Source of the DNA: Ramazzottius varieornatus
Taxonomy: Eukaryota; Animalia; Tardigrada
DNA: 64,000 nt
Direction: 5' to 3'
NCBI GenBank assembly: GCA_001949185.1
Contig: BDGG01000003.1
Location: 4,833,092 to 4,897,091 of the forward strand
Under the pieces are notes generated by a model. That model saw only the letters and a list, made by a program, of their open reading frames with translations. It was not told where the DNA came from and did no database searches. This document shows positions 50,082-61,621 of the stretch, one piece after another (the first letter of the stretch is position 1; every line of letters begins with the position of its first letter). The position numbers were made by a program, and so were the translations under genes.

Positions 50082-52361
50082 GTTCCTGGAACAGAAAATC
50101 AGGTACAGGGTATGTTTAAAGACAGCAAAAGGTGATGGGTCAAGCAGGCATGCGTCGAAGGAGCCCTTGGAAGTTTGTCTGATTGGGATAGCGCAAATGA
50201 GTGAAATGACAACATCGTCAGTCTGATGTTTGTTTTCCTTTTTGCCGTGGTGTGTATTCTCTTTACGGCGATTACAGCTCGACGTAAGTCCTCTCCATAT
50301 GGCTTGTCTTTCACGGTCTCTCTCGCTGTCTCGGTCTCTCTTTGCCATTCAGAAAATGGCTAGGGAAAAATATCCGGGTGCGTGGGTGGACCGGAGTGAT
50401 TATGTGCTGTACGCGGAAGTAATTTCTGACGATGGATGGATCAATGATGGAAAATCGAGTATTTGCCACTTTCCGCCCTTACATTGGCTCCTCTTCATCC
50501 TTCTCCCGTGTCACGGCAAGGTTTTGGTTTCATGGGGAACGTTTACAAACTTATAGATCTGTTTGAGCTGAGGTCTCGGAAGTGATGGCATGAAAAAACA
50601 CGAGCGCATGAGTACTTCATCAGCCAGTTCACCATGAGCTGGCGAAACGCACGCATGACGTCATCCAGCTCGTTACGTCTGTTGGCGGTTTCCGGGCGTT
50701 CGGCAGTATGCCGAGTTCGGCATTCGCGGCTGTATCCGGGTGAGAAAGGCCTACTGTCGCGCTGGATCGATATGACTGGAGTACCCTACATCGCGCCTCT
50801 CGCTTGGGCTTTTGATGGGGCTGCAGGCTGACAGCTCAATCTCGGTCTTTCTCTTACCGTTTTCATGTTTTGCAACCTTTTGTGGTTTCTTGATTCTTTA
50901 TTCTGCTATGATTGTAAACCGGAAGCCTCGAGCATTACAACTTACCAGAAACAAGGCTGGAACGTTTTACGACTTCAGCGCACTTTGTTTTGGTTAGCGG
51001 GGCGATGCGCGAGTTGACAGCGGCAATACCGCAATAACCGTTTCACAAAGACCTACAGTGCACAACTGCAATCTTCGCAGAAGGTTTTATGAGCTTCAAA
51101 GATGACTTCAGCGGAAACAGCAAACAACAACGGTAAGTTCGTTGAGTTTGTTATCCAAAGATTCGGCGCATCAGAAAAACGTTTTCGTTGGATTTTGACA
51201 GGCTCTTCGAGATATGCTAAACTATGAAGCAATCGTATGCATAAATAATTTGATTGATATGCGAGCATGTAAAGTAGCCTTGCAGGTTTCTGGGGTTTCT
51301 TCCATAAGGCTCGTGTTCGAGAATTTCTAGCGATGGATTAGTCGAGCCAAGAAGGTTCTTTGTGCTAGAGCGAGTACTTTTTCACTAGTCCGACAGTACT
51401 TAAATTGCCGTTATAGGTAAACCTCCACACTTCCCACGCGTAGAGCTGGCTGACTCGTCGCAATGCTGCAACACTGTCAAAGTAAGCATTGTCTGGCCTT
51501 TTCTTGAGAAGAAAAACATGCAAATTTATTTGCCTTTGGTTACTGTGTGCAAATGTGCAAGTTGACAGTCAGATTCGCCGAACTTTGCGATTCGTGTATA
51601 ACAACCACCGCTGTTTATTCTGTGTGGGCTTCGTAGATTTTGCAAGGGGCAGATGTCAGGTGAGCGGAAAGAAGCGCCAACATTTCGCCATAGGAAAATC
51701 AGTACATGCAAACAGAAACGGTTTCTCGCCAATGTACGTATTCATGTAGGCAAATTATAGTACAAGAATCTTTCATGTGGTCTAATCTGCAGGTTTATAC
51801 GTGCTCCGAAGTCTGTACATAGTGCGCGACCTGCACGAATAGGATTCATAAGTAACCAGTTGTTTTTTTTTCATATTTGCACACCCACGAAGAATCTTCG
51901 GCTATAGTGCATACTTTTCAAACTTTGAGTTTTTCTGACCCAGTATACTGCATGTACGACGTTGCCGCGCTGTCTCGCAATTTACTTTACATAGCCTTTC
52001 CAGCGGAAATACGATACATACCCTCCTTTGGGACTTCCAGCTGCGCCTTGTGGGTTCCTCGGTGTATGGCGCACGTCATGAACTGTAAGTTGTTTAAACT
52101 CCTCACCAGGCACTTTGCAAATGAAGGTTTCACGACGGTCAGGGTTCCTCTCTCTATCTTACTGGCTCTGTGCGGCTTCGCTTCAAAGAACGCCGCGCCA
52201 TTTGAGTTCTTCGTGTACGGTGTACGTGTTCTTGCCCACCGGTGTTGTCACGTTGCTTCCCGCTTGACCTTTTATGACTTGGTTCTTGAAGTTTTGTTAT
52301 CAGCATTGTGAAGTTTGTCTGAATTCTGGATGGACAGGGCTGGCTGTACTCATTTGCTTAA

Positions 52362-52409
52362 TCCTGGTTCCTGGTCCGGTTCCTGGTCCGGTTCCTGGTC
52401 CGGTTCCTG
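52362..52409. repeat. 12-bp tandem repeat (CCTGGTCCGGTT) about x3.5
   Basis: Read directly. Confidence 0.8.
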
Positions 52410-53020
52410 CATCGAATGACGTACCAAGTGATTTTTGCTGGCAACTGTTTGCTTTGTGTACTTCAAACATGTTGGACATTCCTTTGCAATTGGATTCTTT
52501 AAGCTGTCCAGGAAAACTTTGCAAGGCTTTTAGTATTCATCGTACCTGTTCGGAGCGTTGATTATTTATGATTACAGGAAGCCGTCGCTTTACAAGTGAT
52601 TTATGGCTATTGGAATGGGCTTGAGGTGACGAAAGAGCGTTTGAGTTTCTTGGAGCTGTGAAGGTACGGAGCCATTGGGCCGTCGTTTTCTTCGTCAAAG
52701 AGACATATCGTACAGAAGTAGAAGAGTTAATGTTTCGCGCTCGCTGATTTTATTAAATTACAACAGTCGGCTCTAACGGAAATACATCTTGCATGTTTTG
52801 ACGATCGCTAAACAAACGCCGTAATATGAATTCATAGCTTTGACGCTTGTAACTTGGCAAACCAGTTCAGAACTCAAACGTTTGTATTTTTACAGTGTCT
52901 ATCATTCGTCTCTTTGGACGCCTGCTTCTTTCACTCTTCAGTATTCAGTCGATTGTATTCCGCCAGTGAAAATAGTCTAGCCTGTAATCCTTTCAACCTT
53001 AACAAGGAAGTCCCCACAAA

Positions 53021-54889
53021 ATGGCACCGCATCGATATCATCAGAAACCCAAGCGCCGCAGCAACACCAAAACTGTAAGCGAGCATCGTCTTCATCACAA
53101 TGGGCAACTCGGCAAACGGAATCGACGAGATGGTTTTTCCCCAAGGGCGCACTCCTCCAGCCAACAACACCGGTGAAGTGCGCCACTTGGGGAAACATCC
53201 TTCTCGGAACTCTTTTCCCGAGCTGCCGACTCATCAGTTGGCTCTTTTGCATTGTTTGCTGTTTTATTTAGATGAATGAAATGATAGAGGATATCATGGA
53301 GCTAGAGAACCAGTCACACAGTGGGAAACCTCGCGGTCAAAAGAGCGCTGCCAAGCCGTCGCCTATGGTACGCGCCACCCGGCATTCAGCGTTTCCCGCT
53401 GACAGAAGGCTGCACTCCTTTGACGCTTTACGTCCGATACTATATTTTGATATCTTTCCTTCTGTCAGGGTGACAGTAATAACTACCGAATACTCGACGC
53501 GTCTACTGGTCAGCTGCTCTCACCGAAGAAGTCTTCCTCGTACCGCTTGCCCCGATCAAGAGGCGGATCGGATAATCGGAAGAAGAAGGACGACCATAAC
53601 GTCAGTAAGTACATGATTACATCTTAAACAAACATTGGTGTGAAATAGTCCCCTTGCAGAACGCTTTCTTCAAAGCGACACGTCCGTTTGATGAATGTTT
53701 TGTATCGAAATTTTGTGCCCAGAAACCAAATATGAGCGTTGGCAAACGATTTCACCCAGATCATTACATCAAGTGGCGCACATGCGAATTGTTATTAGCG
53801 ATAAGCGTGCGCCACCCAGGATCATCGATCTCGAAACCCGACAGATTGCTCTCTCAAGTGGCGCATGCTTGTAGTGTTGTTAGCTGAGAAGCGTGAGCTA
53901 CCTGGGAAAACGATCTAGGTGTTTTCATTTGCTTACGTCCCTAACAGAATTTAATCCCGCAGATTTTTTCTGGCGTATCAATTTGGTGAAAATTGTCTGT
54001 GAGAACTGGTTCGATGGAAAATTGGATCTACGTGGAATTTGCGTTTCTTGTTTCAGTTGAGAGGAAGCGGCGGAACAACATCAATAACTTGATTAAAGAA
54101 CTGCGATCATTAGTTCCACCGGCGATCAACGAAACGTAAGAGTAATCAATTTCTGAAATGATTGAAATTCGAGACCGGCACATCGTAACCGGTTTGACAT
54201 CAAAAAGATTCGCCAGTCTTCAGCTCAGAATTGTTTTGTCTTTTGCAGAAGCAAAGGTGGTACGCTGAAGGCCACTGTCGATTATCTTCGAGGACTAAAG
54301 TCGGACGCCGAAAGTTTACGCGTCTATGCCAATTCTCACAAACAATGCGACCAAAATAATCGCAAGCTCCAAGAACGAATTAAGGTAAGTCGTTTAAGTT
54401 GGGTAAAGTGGTCGTCGAGAGTTTGATGGAATGTTACGGAATGTCTCTTTGCGCTTTTTACTATCTGACCAAAACATTTTATTGTCTTTCAAACAGGAAC
54501 TTGAGCAGGCACTCAACCAGAAACAAGCCAATGTTCGCCATCCGGTCGAACACGACCAGGCTTTGCCGGGTTCGCCACCGACCATACCGCACAAGCGAGA
54601 CTCGATGGAGCTGACCTTTCGGCCTCCAATCAATGCCTTTACCAACGCTTTCAAGATGGAACTGGAACAGCAGTATGAAAGCCAAGTCTTCCCGGCGTAC
54701 GAGTACCTCGAAGCGCCAAGCATACCGCAAGATCTTCAGCCGGTGGAGTTTAGCGACGAAGACTTTGCAGAAATACTCAAGGGCGTGGCACCTTCGGAAA
54801 TGGCGCATCCGGTCATGCATGATCCACTCGTTTCTTACTTTGATATGGATGGCTTGGAGGCTCAAAATGGCCTTGTCCATTTCATGTAA
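53021..54889 (+). CDS. Divergent, short MiT/TFE-family bHLH-Zip transcription factor
   Basis: Exons 53021-53074 (inferred), 53272-53367, 53469-53604, 54057-54135, 54249-54384, 54497-54889. MIEDIMELE activation-type motif; RKKKDDHNVIERKRRNNINNLIKEL..SKGGTLKATVDYLR..NRKLQERIKELE. Confidence 0.82.
53101..53225. repeat. Palindromic N25 element, 1 module (MiT/TFE intron)
   Basis: TGGGCAACTCGGCAAAC..GGCGCAC..GTGCGCCACTTG..CCGAGCT. Confidence 0.82.
53738..53935. repeat. Palindromic N25 element, 2 modules (MiT/TFE intron)
   Basis: CAAGTGGCGCAC-N25-GTGCGCCAC; CAAGTGGCGCAT.. Confidence 0.82.
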
Positions 54890-55124
54890 ATATGTTTATT
54901 TAATAATCTAAACTTTTTATCAATAAAAGGGACTTTCGCCGTATTGAGAACTGAGAGCAATATGATCGGACCGAAGCGCAAGACAAGCTATAAAGAAACT
55001 CAACAGATAATACTTCTGGATCATAAAATCCTCAAGGTTCTTCAGAACCTGTCAGAAAAACAAGTCGCGCATGCATAAATTCGAATAGCTTTGGAAATGG
55101 GGTTTGCTGTACTACTTACATGGT

Positions 55125-55210
55125 GCAGAGCAAGATCGGTTTTCCGACTGGCGTGCGGTTGCAGCTAATTGCACTGAACATGTGCGTCACTGGCTGAAGG
55201 TTTTCCGTGG
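55125..55210. repeat. Degenerate palindromic N25 element (intergenic)
   Basis: CAAGATCGGTTTTCCGACTGGCG..GTGCGTCACT. Confidence 0.55.
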
Positions 55211-56904
55211 CTGGTGCGATTAACGTCTTTTGGACGAGAATTCGAAATCGTCAGGAAGAGCACGCGGAAGTGCATGCTTTGAACCCTGGATTGGCTTTGT
55301 CTATACAAAGAAGGAGTCTTCCGAAGAAGGCCAGATCCAGACGATACTGAGTTTCCTCCCGTCACAAGTAGCTTTACTGGTCATTCCGAGCTTGTCGTAG
55401 TGGTCGTTGCATCTTAATCTTGCGTAACTGTTCTCTCCGTGAAAAAAAACGTACTGTAAGATTCTATAGAGCGAAGAAAGCAGGGACGATTCGCCTTCAA
55501 CAAACCTGTCTCTCTGTCACGCCCGGTCTGCTTCTTTCACTGCTTCCAACACCATATATTCCATCCAATCAAGGATTAAGACATGCAAGGATAACGACGA
55601 TTCAACCCCCTTGGCTGCTTTCCCGGTTATTGATCGTCCGATTAAGTAGCATTACCTATTTTGATTTCAAATACATCTTGATTGACTGGATCAGCTGCAC
55701 GCCTGTACTCGGGCCTGATTTACGCCTACGACTCCGTACAGGGTCGTACATTACGAGGATCAAAGATGTTATCTGCTGATCTTCCCCGGTAGCGGGATGG
55801 TCAAGAGGTTATCTCAACTTTCTGGGACGGCCATTTGATAGCCGTCCGACCTGTTTGAACATTCAGAGGCCGATCTGGGCAGAAGTGGTCTGCAGAAAGC
55901 TCACCGTTTGGAAAGTCTTGGGGTCTGTGGTTGGTGAAACAGAGCTTAGTCTTGGTCATCGTAACACTAGTGGAGATTCCGGAGGATCCTCGACAGCTAC
56001 CACGGTCGCTTCAGCACAGGGATGCCAGTGCTGACATTCCAAACTTAACCTCAGATGGTATGTGTAAAACTCGATCAAGCAGTTCCACAAAGTCACAGAT
56101 TCCAACGGAGTAGGTAAGTTACCCGATTTGTCGCCTTTTCGCGTAGATAGATATTTATTTAGTCTCGACAGTCTAGTCAACGGCCTCCTCGATCATCGGA
56201 GGATAATAAGACATGCAAAACTAAAGTAATTCCAGCTTTGGAGGGAAGGCAATCAAGGATAACTTCGAGAGATCGGCGCAGGGAAATTACAGTTCGAGAT
56301 ACGGGTACCAGATGGAAAACTCACAGAGCCATAACAGAAGCAACTATTAATAAGATCACCAAAGAGGAAATGAGGAAGCCTTCTTCCATCTTCGTTCAGG
56401 TGTTCATTCGTTCGTGTCCACGTCCGACTGGCTTCGTTTCGTCTTGACGCTCGAGCTGGTCCGAGTTTCTGGGTGGGTTCTATGCCGGTGTCGTTAGCTC
56501 CTTGATGTCTGTCGCGGGTTTTTTTTCCATGGACATGTTAACGTCCTCCGAATCTGGTAGTGCCATGGTAGAACCTGGTAGAACCTGGTAGTACCTGGAG
56601 GCTTGAGCCTTCTGGCTTGGCAGGACGATGATGTGATGGTCATTCGAAGGCCATTCTCCTCCCGAATGTCCGGGGTTATGTACTTCCTTGTTGTCCACCA
56701 TTGCCATGTCCACCTACTCGTTGTTCGCCACCACCACGTCCACCCCCACGGTGTCTTCCACCACCACGTCTACCGCCATGTCGATCAGAGCGGCCATTAG
56801 TACCACCACGTTCGCCATGGCTACGACCACGGTACCGGACCACCGGTCGGATTTGTGTCAGCGAGGCAGCTGATTGCCGAGCCGACGGTGATCATTTGGA
56901 GCAT

Positions 56905-57382
56905 TAGTCCTCCTCACGACAGGCGGACAGGCCGTAAAACTCCGTTGATTGTGTTGATCTTGAAAGTGGATTACGAAGTTTCGCTTTCAAGATAAGCAGC
57001 CCTCGAGTAGCTTATCTTGGAAGCGCAAACGGATTATTCTCTGCACACTTGACTCAAAATTTCAGATTTTTATGTCTCAGCTGATCTCTGTCTGCACAGT
57101 GCTTCACGTTGCGAGATAAAGTTTCACGTATGGGCTTCTTGATACCTATTAGGGGATATCGAAAGACAGAAACTAGCCAGAGAGAAGACCATGAGTTTCA
57201 GCCTAGTCAGGAGGCAAAGTTTGCCTACAGACCTACCCCGCAAAACTCGCGCATTTCCGCTGCCGTTTCCGAGACTTTCGAAAAACGCAATTTTGCCTCA
57301 CTCATGACTAATTTCCGTTGATCAAGCAAACTCAAATTTTAAATCAACCGTTTGCGACAACAGCTCGTCGTGAGGAGGACTA
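56905..57382. mobile_element. MITE-like element with perfect 16-bp terminal IR including TA
   Basis: TAGTCCTCCTCACGAC ... GTCGTGAGGAGGACTA; internal hairpin around 56980-57030. Confidence 0.7.
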
Positions 57383-57489
57383 TTATAAAAAATGACCAAT
57401 CAAATTGTTTGGTCAGATTTAACAGTCCCATACCGCCTTCGCTCCGCTGCCAGATAGTTTTGTTCATGTCAACACTCAGCAGTTAAATT

Positions 57490-57683
57490 AACGACGAGAA
57501 AATATGGGCTAGTAAAAAATTATGGACCAGGCGGAAAAGACGGCAATGGAGAAATCCAACCGTAGAAAAGTGGCAGAAATTTATGTTAGTGTGAATGAGT
57601 CGCGTACGTACATGCTTCCGCGCCGCCGCAGCGAAAATGCCTGGTCCGTAGTTATTACTGGTCCATAATAATCTCTCGTCGTT
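57490..57683. mobile_element. Foldback/MITE-like element with ~44-bp imperfect TIR
   Basis: AACGACGAGA..TATGGACCAGGC versus GCCTGGTCCGTAG..TCTCGTCGTT. Confidence 0.6.
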
Positions 57684-57933
57684 CGTGTGATGTAGTGAAC
57701 AGTAATTTTCCGTCAGGAAGTTTTGATTTTTAAAGTCTGATTTCTGAACTCTGAAGGCCTCTCCCTGTATGAGAACATTAGTTGCTGGGCTTGTGGGTTT
57801 TCTTTACAGGAATCTGGAGGTGTAACCTGCATAGGTGACGACGGCCTGGAAGGAAGGGAATGTGAGCTGTCATGAAAGGCGCGACGAAGAAGCAGATGTT
57901 CCATGCCATTCCAGTGGCACACGCCTGGACAAG

Positions 57934-59779
57934 ATGTATCTTTTTCCTGCCCTCCTCATCCTGACATTTCACCCTGCACTCTCTGCTGAAGATGAGTTTG
58001 TGGGGACAGAAGAGTCGACGGTTTCTGGTGTAACAGTCCATTACGTCCATGCTTTCCTGAACAACTCCGTTACCCTGCTTTGCGATGGATCTGACGGCAC
58101 CCCGACGTGGACCGATCCCCTGGGACGCCAGCTGCCATTCTTCTCGAACGTATCGAAGAATGCAGACCTACCAAAGTATTATATCGAAGCGTCAGGAACG
58201 CTGGTTGTTCTAGATATTACAAGATATAATGGAGGTGAGTTGGAACTGGGAATATGGAGTTACTGTAAAGTCATTGTGATTGGTCAATGACGTCAGGTCT
58301 GACAGGCGGTTTACGCATGGTGATTCATGACGTAGTGCGCGACTTGATCGGGGCATTTATTCATGCTGGTTTCGAAGCTGCTGTCAAGACGTTTACGGAG
58401 ACTTGTTGACTTGCTTCTTATCTTTCCAGGTTATTACTGGTGTACAAGGAATGGACTTCCCGGAAACGCCACTATATGGCACGTGATGATCAATTCATGG
58501 TTCCGTTATCATCTGGAGATAGAAAGCGTCATGTAAGTCAGAGTTGCTCTCACTTCCGGTAACAAAATTGCATTTGTACTGAGGTTCTTCATTCAGAAAA
58601 AGATTCTTCATTTTGTTCATGTTCCCAGGTATGGATGGTATGCGGGTCTGGGTACGCTTATCCTGGGCATCACAATCGGTCTAATGAAATTGATTGTCCG
58701 AATCTGCTGCCCACAATGCCATGCAAGAGCCAGCGCTGCAGCTCGTGTCCAGCAGATGCGACTCCTCATCGTCGCACTCGAAACCTACCGTCATGATCAG
58801 TCTACTCGCCTGCGAGAAAACTACACTGCACAAGTGAGAGGCAAAGATCTTCCGGTTAAACTTCGAACATTGTAAATTTTGAGAGACCTGCAATCGAAAC
58901 CTGGAAAATCAGAACCTCCAGTGGCGCACATTTCCGGTTGTTGCAATGAAAACGTGCACCACTTGGACGAACTCGACAAGACCGTTTTGCCAAGTGACGC
59001 ACTATTCGGCCAGTAGCAATAAGGAGCTGCGGCACTTGAGACAACGATCTTGTGCATTTCGTTTGCCGTTGACCCCGATTCTTTAACGTGTAATCTTTTA
59101 GGTGGAGAAACTGAAGGAGAACTGCGCAGCTCAGATGGAAGGTCTTCGTGACCATTACGGCACGAAGATCAACCGTTTTCGCAACTACCGTCTACCTTTC
59201 GGTAATACGCGTGACCAATATTGGCAGCAAGTAACCAAAGTCCGCGACTACGGCTCCAGCCAGATGGAGCGTCTTCAAGACAACTACGCCAAGAATCTCG
59301 GCAAGCTGCGGACCTACAGCGTGGCCCAGCTTGAACGTTTCCGGCAGCAGTACCAGCTACAGCACAAACACATGGCTAAGATATTGGAGGCCATGAATTT
59401 TACCCTAGATTGTCGTGCAGGCGGGGCCGGTGAAATGACACCTAGTCCTTCGATATTGCTCAATATGGATCTTAGTTTAGCCCAGCTAAGGTTGGAAGCT
59501 TCAGATCTGCATAGTGGCGGTAACTCTTCGGATAGTATTACTTGTGGTGGACCACAGGTCTCAAACTGTGTGGTCCAGATGGAACGCACGCGGGGTGATG
59601 TTCCCGTCTTGGATTTCAACTCTGACAGTATGGACTTTGAGACTAGTCTGGAGAATGAACCGCTACGAGATGGGTCGAGTACTGAGGAGAGCCTCAAAAG
59701 GAAACTGGAAGAAGTGGTGGAAGATATCGTCCGTTCGGAGAATGGCGAATCCGAACCGGAAGCTGAAAGTGTTGTTTGA
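57934..59779 (+). CDS. Single-pass Ig-domain membrane protein with IGLR-2-like cytoplasmic helical repeats
   Basis: Exons 57934-58234, 58430-58532, 58629-58833, 59102-59779. Signal peptide MYLFPALLILTFHPALSA; Ig domain (VTLLC..W..GTLVV..GYYWC); one TM segment; tail LRENYTAQVEKLKENC...RDQY.QQV.KVRDYGS...KILE. Confidence 0.78.
58890..59070. repeat. Palindromic N25 element, 2 modules (Ig-protein intron)
   Basis: CAGTGGCGCAC..GTGCACCACTTG..CTCGACAAGA..CAAGTGACGCAC. Confidence 0.82.
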
Positions 59780-60181
59780 GTTTGACCGCTGTTCTCTCGC
59801 CGGCTCGGCAATTAGGTATTTCGTTCAAGTTTTGATTTCAAAGCATCCACGTTCTCCTTTCTCCGGTCCGCCATGCCGTCTGCGCTGCTGGATAACGCTG
59901 AATACAGTTTTATCTAACTTGTTTATTTTGATAACTCGAAAATGTTCGGTTACAGAGTTTATGGATGAGAGCGAGAAGTTACTGCGTCTTGAAGAAATTA
60001 AATCGGTGTATACTCATCAATTTCTTCCTCGGCAGATAAGCTCGCAGCGCACTGCATAATATGTCATTAAAAGCCTATCATCACCTAGCAGTCAATACGA
60101 AAAATCAGACCTGGAGACAAGAATGGATAGAAATCAAACGTCTTTGAAACGGAAATCGAACTCGAACAGAGTGAGACAAGA

Positions 60182-61621
60182 TTATCGGCCACAGTCGCCT
60201 TTACGTTTTGTCAAGTGAAACTTGAAGTCATTAGGGAACGGAAATGGGGGCGGCTGGAAATCGGCACTGGGTTTCACATTATTCAGACTAACCAGAAGTC
60301 TTCCAAAGAACGCTAAATCGAGGGAGGTGAGCTTCCGCTTCTCATGCGTTGCCCAGGTCGTTAAGTCCTGCTCATTCAGACACTGTCTGAAAGTCAGATC
60401 GCGGTAGGATTAAACGGCAGCTCGGCAGAAAAGCTCAACTAGATCGCTATTCCAAGTGGCGCACGCTTTCAGCCAATAATAGTGTAAATGTGCGCCACTT
60501 GGGAACAAGATTTTGGAACAAGACGACACCGATGCTTCGAGGCAGCGTACCTGTATTTCCGCCACAGCGCATCGGCGTCCCTCACAGCTTCCTGTGTCTC
60601 TTGGTCCAAATTAGCCAAAGATATCATGAGCCACTCCAGCTGTTCTTCAGGAAAGGGCCAAAACAGCTTCTGCTTATCCCGCTCCTTGTGCACGTAAGCT
60701 CGACTTTCTTCTTCGGAAGCGATTCTAGGAATCACCACAGACTTGACACGAATCTTGATATGCCATACGATGTCCGCCAGTGCATACCAACCATCTTCCG
60801 CGGTAACTCGCGACGACCTTCTCAACGTACTCCAGTAACTTTTCCAGAAGTGGAGTTCTGGGTTGCACGGCATCAAGTACGGACCGAATTTGATGGTAGA
60901 GTCGACAACGTCAACAGACGACACCGATGCTTCGAGGAAAGTCCGCCAGTCTTCGCTCGCCTCGAAGCTGTTCCTAGCGTACGTTATCTTTCTCGGCCAA
61001 CAGGCTGACTGTGTTGTGGAAGGATCGATAAAGTAGTAATGATGATATCTGGACGTCTTCCCAACCACCACCAAATGCAAGATGCTTTCTTGAGGTATCG
61101 GATAGGCTTTTGACCATTCGACACTGTCGAATCTAACCCAGCGGTGTTCAGCGAAGGTAGGGTTATCCAGAAACGCGATACCTTTGTTGCGTGCTGGAGT
61201 GCGGATCAGCATCGACTTCCAGCGATTAAATGCCCTAAACAGAGACGATTATTGTGCATATGGTCGCTCCGGCGAATGCATTCGACCACACCGTTGTCTC
61301 AAGTGGCGCACACTACTGGGTAATATCACCGAGAACGTGCGCCACTTGGAAAACGATCTGGCCGAGTCTGTTTGTTGAACAAATGATCTATTTTACTTAC
61401 TTCGCCAGGTTCGAAAGTTCTGGGATGTCCAAGTAGCTGAAGATCTCCTTCAAGATGAGCGCTGGAACCAGCCGAAAGACGTCTTGCACGGTGAATGGGC
61501 TCTGTCCAACGTCCACTTCCGGTGCATCCTTGTGGTTTCCGTCTCCACGCTTGGACTGCGTCTTTGGTCTTTTGGCTGGCGTGTTGCGCTTGGAACTTGG
61601 AGGCTTCCTCTTCTTCGGCAT
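60182..61621 (-). CDS. F-box-like protein with an unrecognised C-terminal domain (intact paralog)
   Basis: Exons 61621-61401, 61234-60551, 60386-60182. Basic NLS-like N-terminus, then an F-box-like segment VFRLVPALILKEIFSYLDIPELSNLAKAFNRWKSML. Confidence 0.75.
60419..60530. repeat. Palindromic N25 element, 1 module (F-box gene intron 2)
   Basis: GCTCGGCAG..CAAGTGGCGCAC-N25-GTGCGCCACTTG. Confidence 0.88.
61265..61378. repeat. Palindromic N25 element, 1 module (F-box gene intron 1)
   Basis: CAAGTGGCGCAC-N25-GTGCGCCACTTGGAAAACGATCTGGCCGAG. Confidence 0.9.

Noticed and set aside
52300-52524. ORF with GTGP repeats
   Set aside because: Explained by a 12-bp tandem repeat; the surrounding frames are closed by stops.
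60387-61400. N25 element as an intron-creating (introner) transposon
   Set aside because: The elements sit inside introns with unrelated flanks, and the same introns exist element-free in the paralog.
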